A DNA stretch of 64,000 nucleotides from Squalus acanthias (Eukaryota): NCBI GenBank assembly GCA_030390025.1, contig CM059432.1, positions 45,262,001 through 45,326,000 on the forward strand. The letters run 5' to 3'. Shown in pieces: positions 63,065 through 64,000 of this stretch. The notes beneath the pieces were generated by a model. That model was not told where the DNA came from. It worked only from the letters and a program-made list of their open reading frames with translations, and did no database searches. Each line of letters starts with the position of its first letter. The stretch's first letter is position 1. Position numbers and translations under genes: made by a program.

Positions 63065-64000
63065 GGCCGGAATTTTTCCTACCTGGGCGGTTCTGGTGCG
63101 GGCGGTGTCCGTGGCAGGTCGCGACCCCGCTGCTGGCTCCATCCCGCTGTTGAAAATGAGCTTGCCTTAATGGGGCTTATTAAGCCTGGCCAGCACGTTA
63201 CCCGGCCCTATTAGATGGAGCGTGTCTGGTGATGTCATTCATGACGCGTTTTCAACCGGGATCTTTAAAGGGACCATGGCCACATTAGATTTGAAGTTTA
63301 ATCTAACATTGTGCTGTCAGTGCACTACAGCATTGGAGTGCTGCAAACAGTGACAATGACTGCACAGAGGCTGCACCCAGGTTCTCCGATGACTCCCTCC
63401 ATAAGCTTATGGAGGGCGTCACAGCACGCAGGGAGGACCTCTTCACTTCCGATGGGCAGAAGTGACCACCCCAGAAGACCAAGACAGCCTGGTTGCACAT
63501 TGCAGAGGAGGTCACAAGCAGGGATGTCGTCAGGAGGACCTGGGTGCAGTGCCGCAAACGTTTCAATGATCTCAGTAGATCACAAAACGTTAGTACAAAG
63601 CAACGCTCTACCTCATCCTGCTGTGCCTCTCATCACATTCCCATCACTCTGCCTTCCCTACCCTAGTCCTGCACATCCTTACTCACACCAACTTACCTTG
63701 CACCTTCACCCATCCCTCTCTCTCTATCTTCATTATCACATCCCCATCTCACGAGCCACCCCTCACATTCACCCTCATCCTAGTCCAATCATACCAACTA
63801 ACAACACACAAGGGTAGCCACTTTGGTGTTTTATCCACTGTTTATGTAAAGTTTCTGTTAATGTGGTGTCAAACATAAAAGTCTTTATATTTTCAACACT
63901 TTGCGTTCTTGGACAGATTTGTGTGCACCTTTGGAAGTGTCTTAGTGAGTTGCAGTGAATGGTGAGACATAACGGTATCCCCCGCAATGGTGATGAGTGT
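63065..64000 (+). mobile_element. Harbinger-derived element (Myb/SANT exon 1 remnant), runs off the window
   Basis: TIR GGCCGGAATTTT; AWLHIAEEVTSRDVVRRTWVQCRKRFNDL; close relative of 59200-59800 in opposite orientation. Confidence 0.8.

Overview
Repeat-dense vertebrate genomic DNA, very likely a shark or other cartilaginous fish (HE1-like V-SINE, SacSINE1-like DeuSINEs, abundant CR1/L2 LINEs). No host gene could be identified; only weak candidate exons were seen. Most of the window is nested, decayed CR1/L2-group LINEs, SINEs, and PIF/Harbinger transposons with their MITEs. The standout is an 8,256-bp minus-strand provirus-like element at 38067-46322. It has two near-identical 1,667-bp LTRs, a 4-bp AGAC target-site duplication, an 18-nt tRNA-Arg(TCG)-type primer binding site and a polypurine tract. 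It carries an intact gag (coiled coil, PSAPPSY late domains, CCHC knuckle) ending in a UGA-CUAG readthrough signal. In frame after the stop is an unknown coiled-coil/acidic ORF instead of pol. A disrupted env follows, with signal peptide, Ig-like domain, RQRR furin site, fusion peptide and TM anchor. This suggests a young, pol-less, lokiretrovirus-like or env-bearing Ty3/Gypsy element mobilised in trans. Also present are two fold-back Penelope-like elements with minimal hammerhead ribozyme cores and an apparently tRNA-headed, ORF1-less LINE with its own deletion-derivative SINE. All alignments were done by eye; boundaries of old repeats are approximate.
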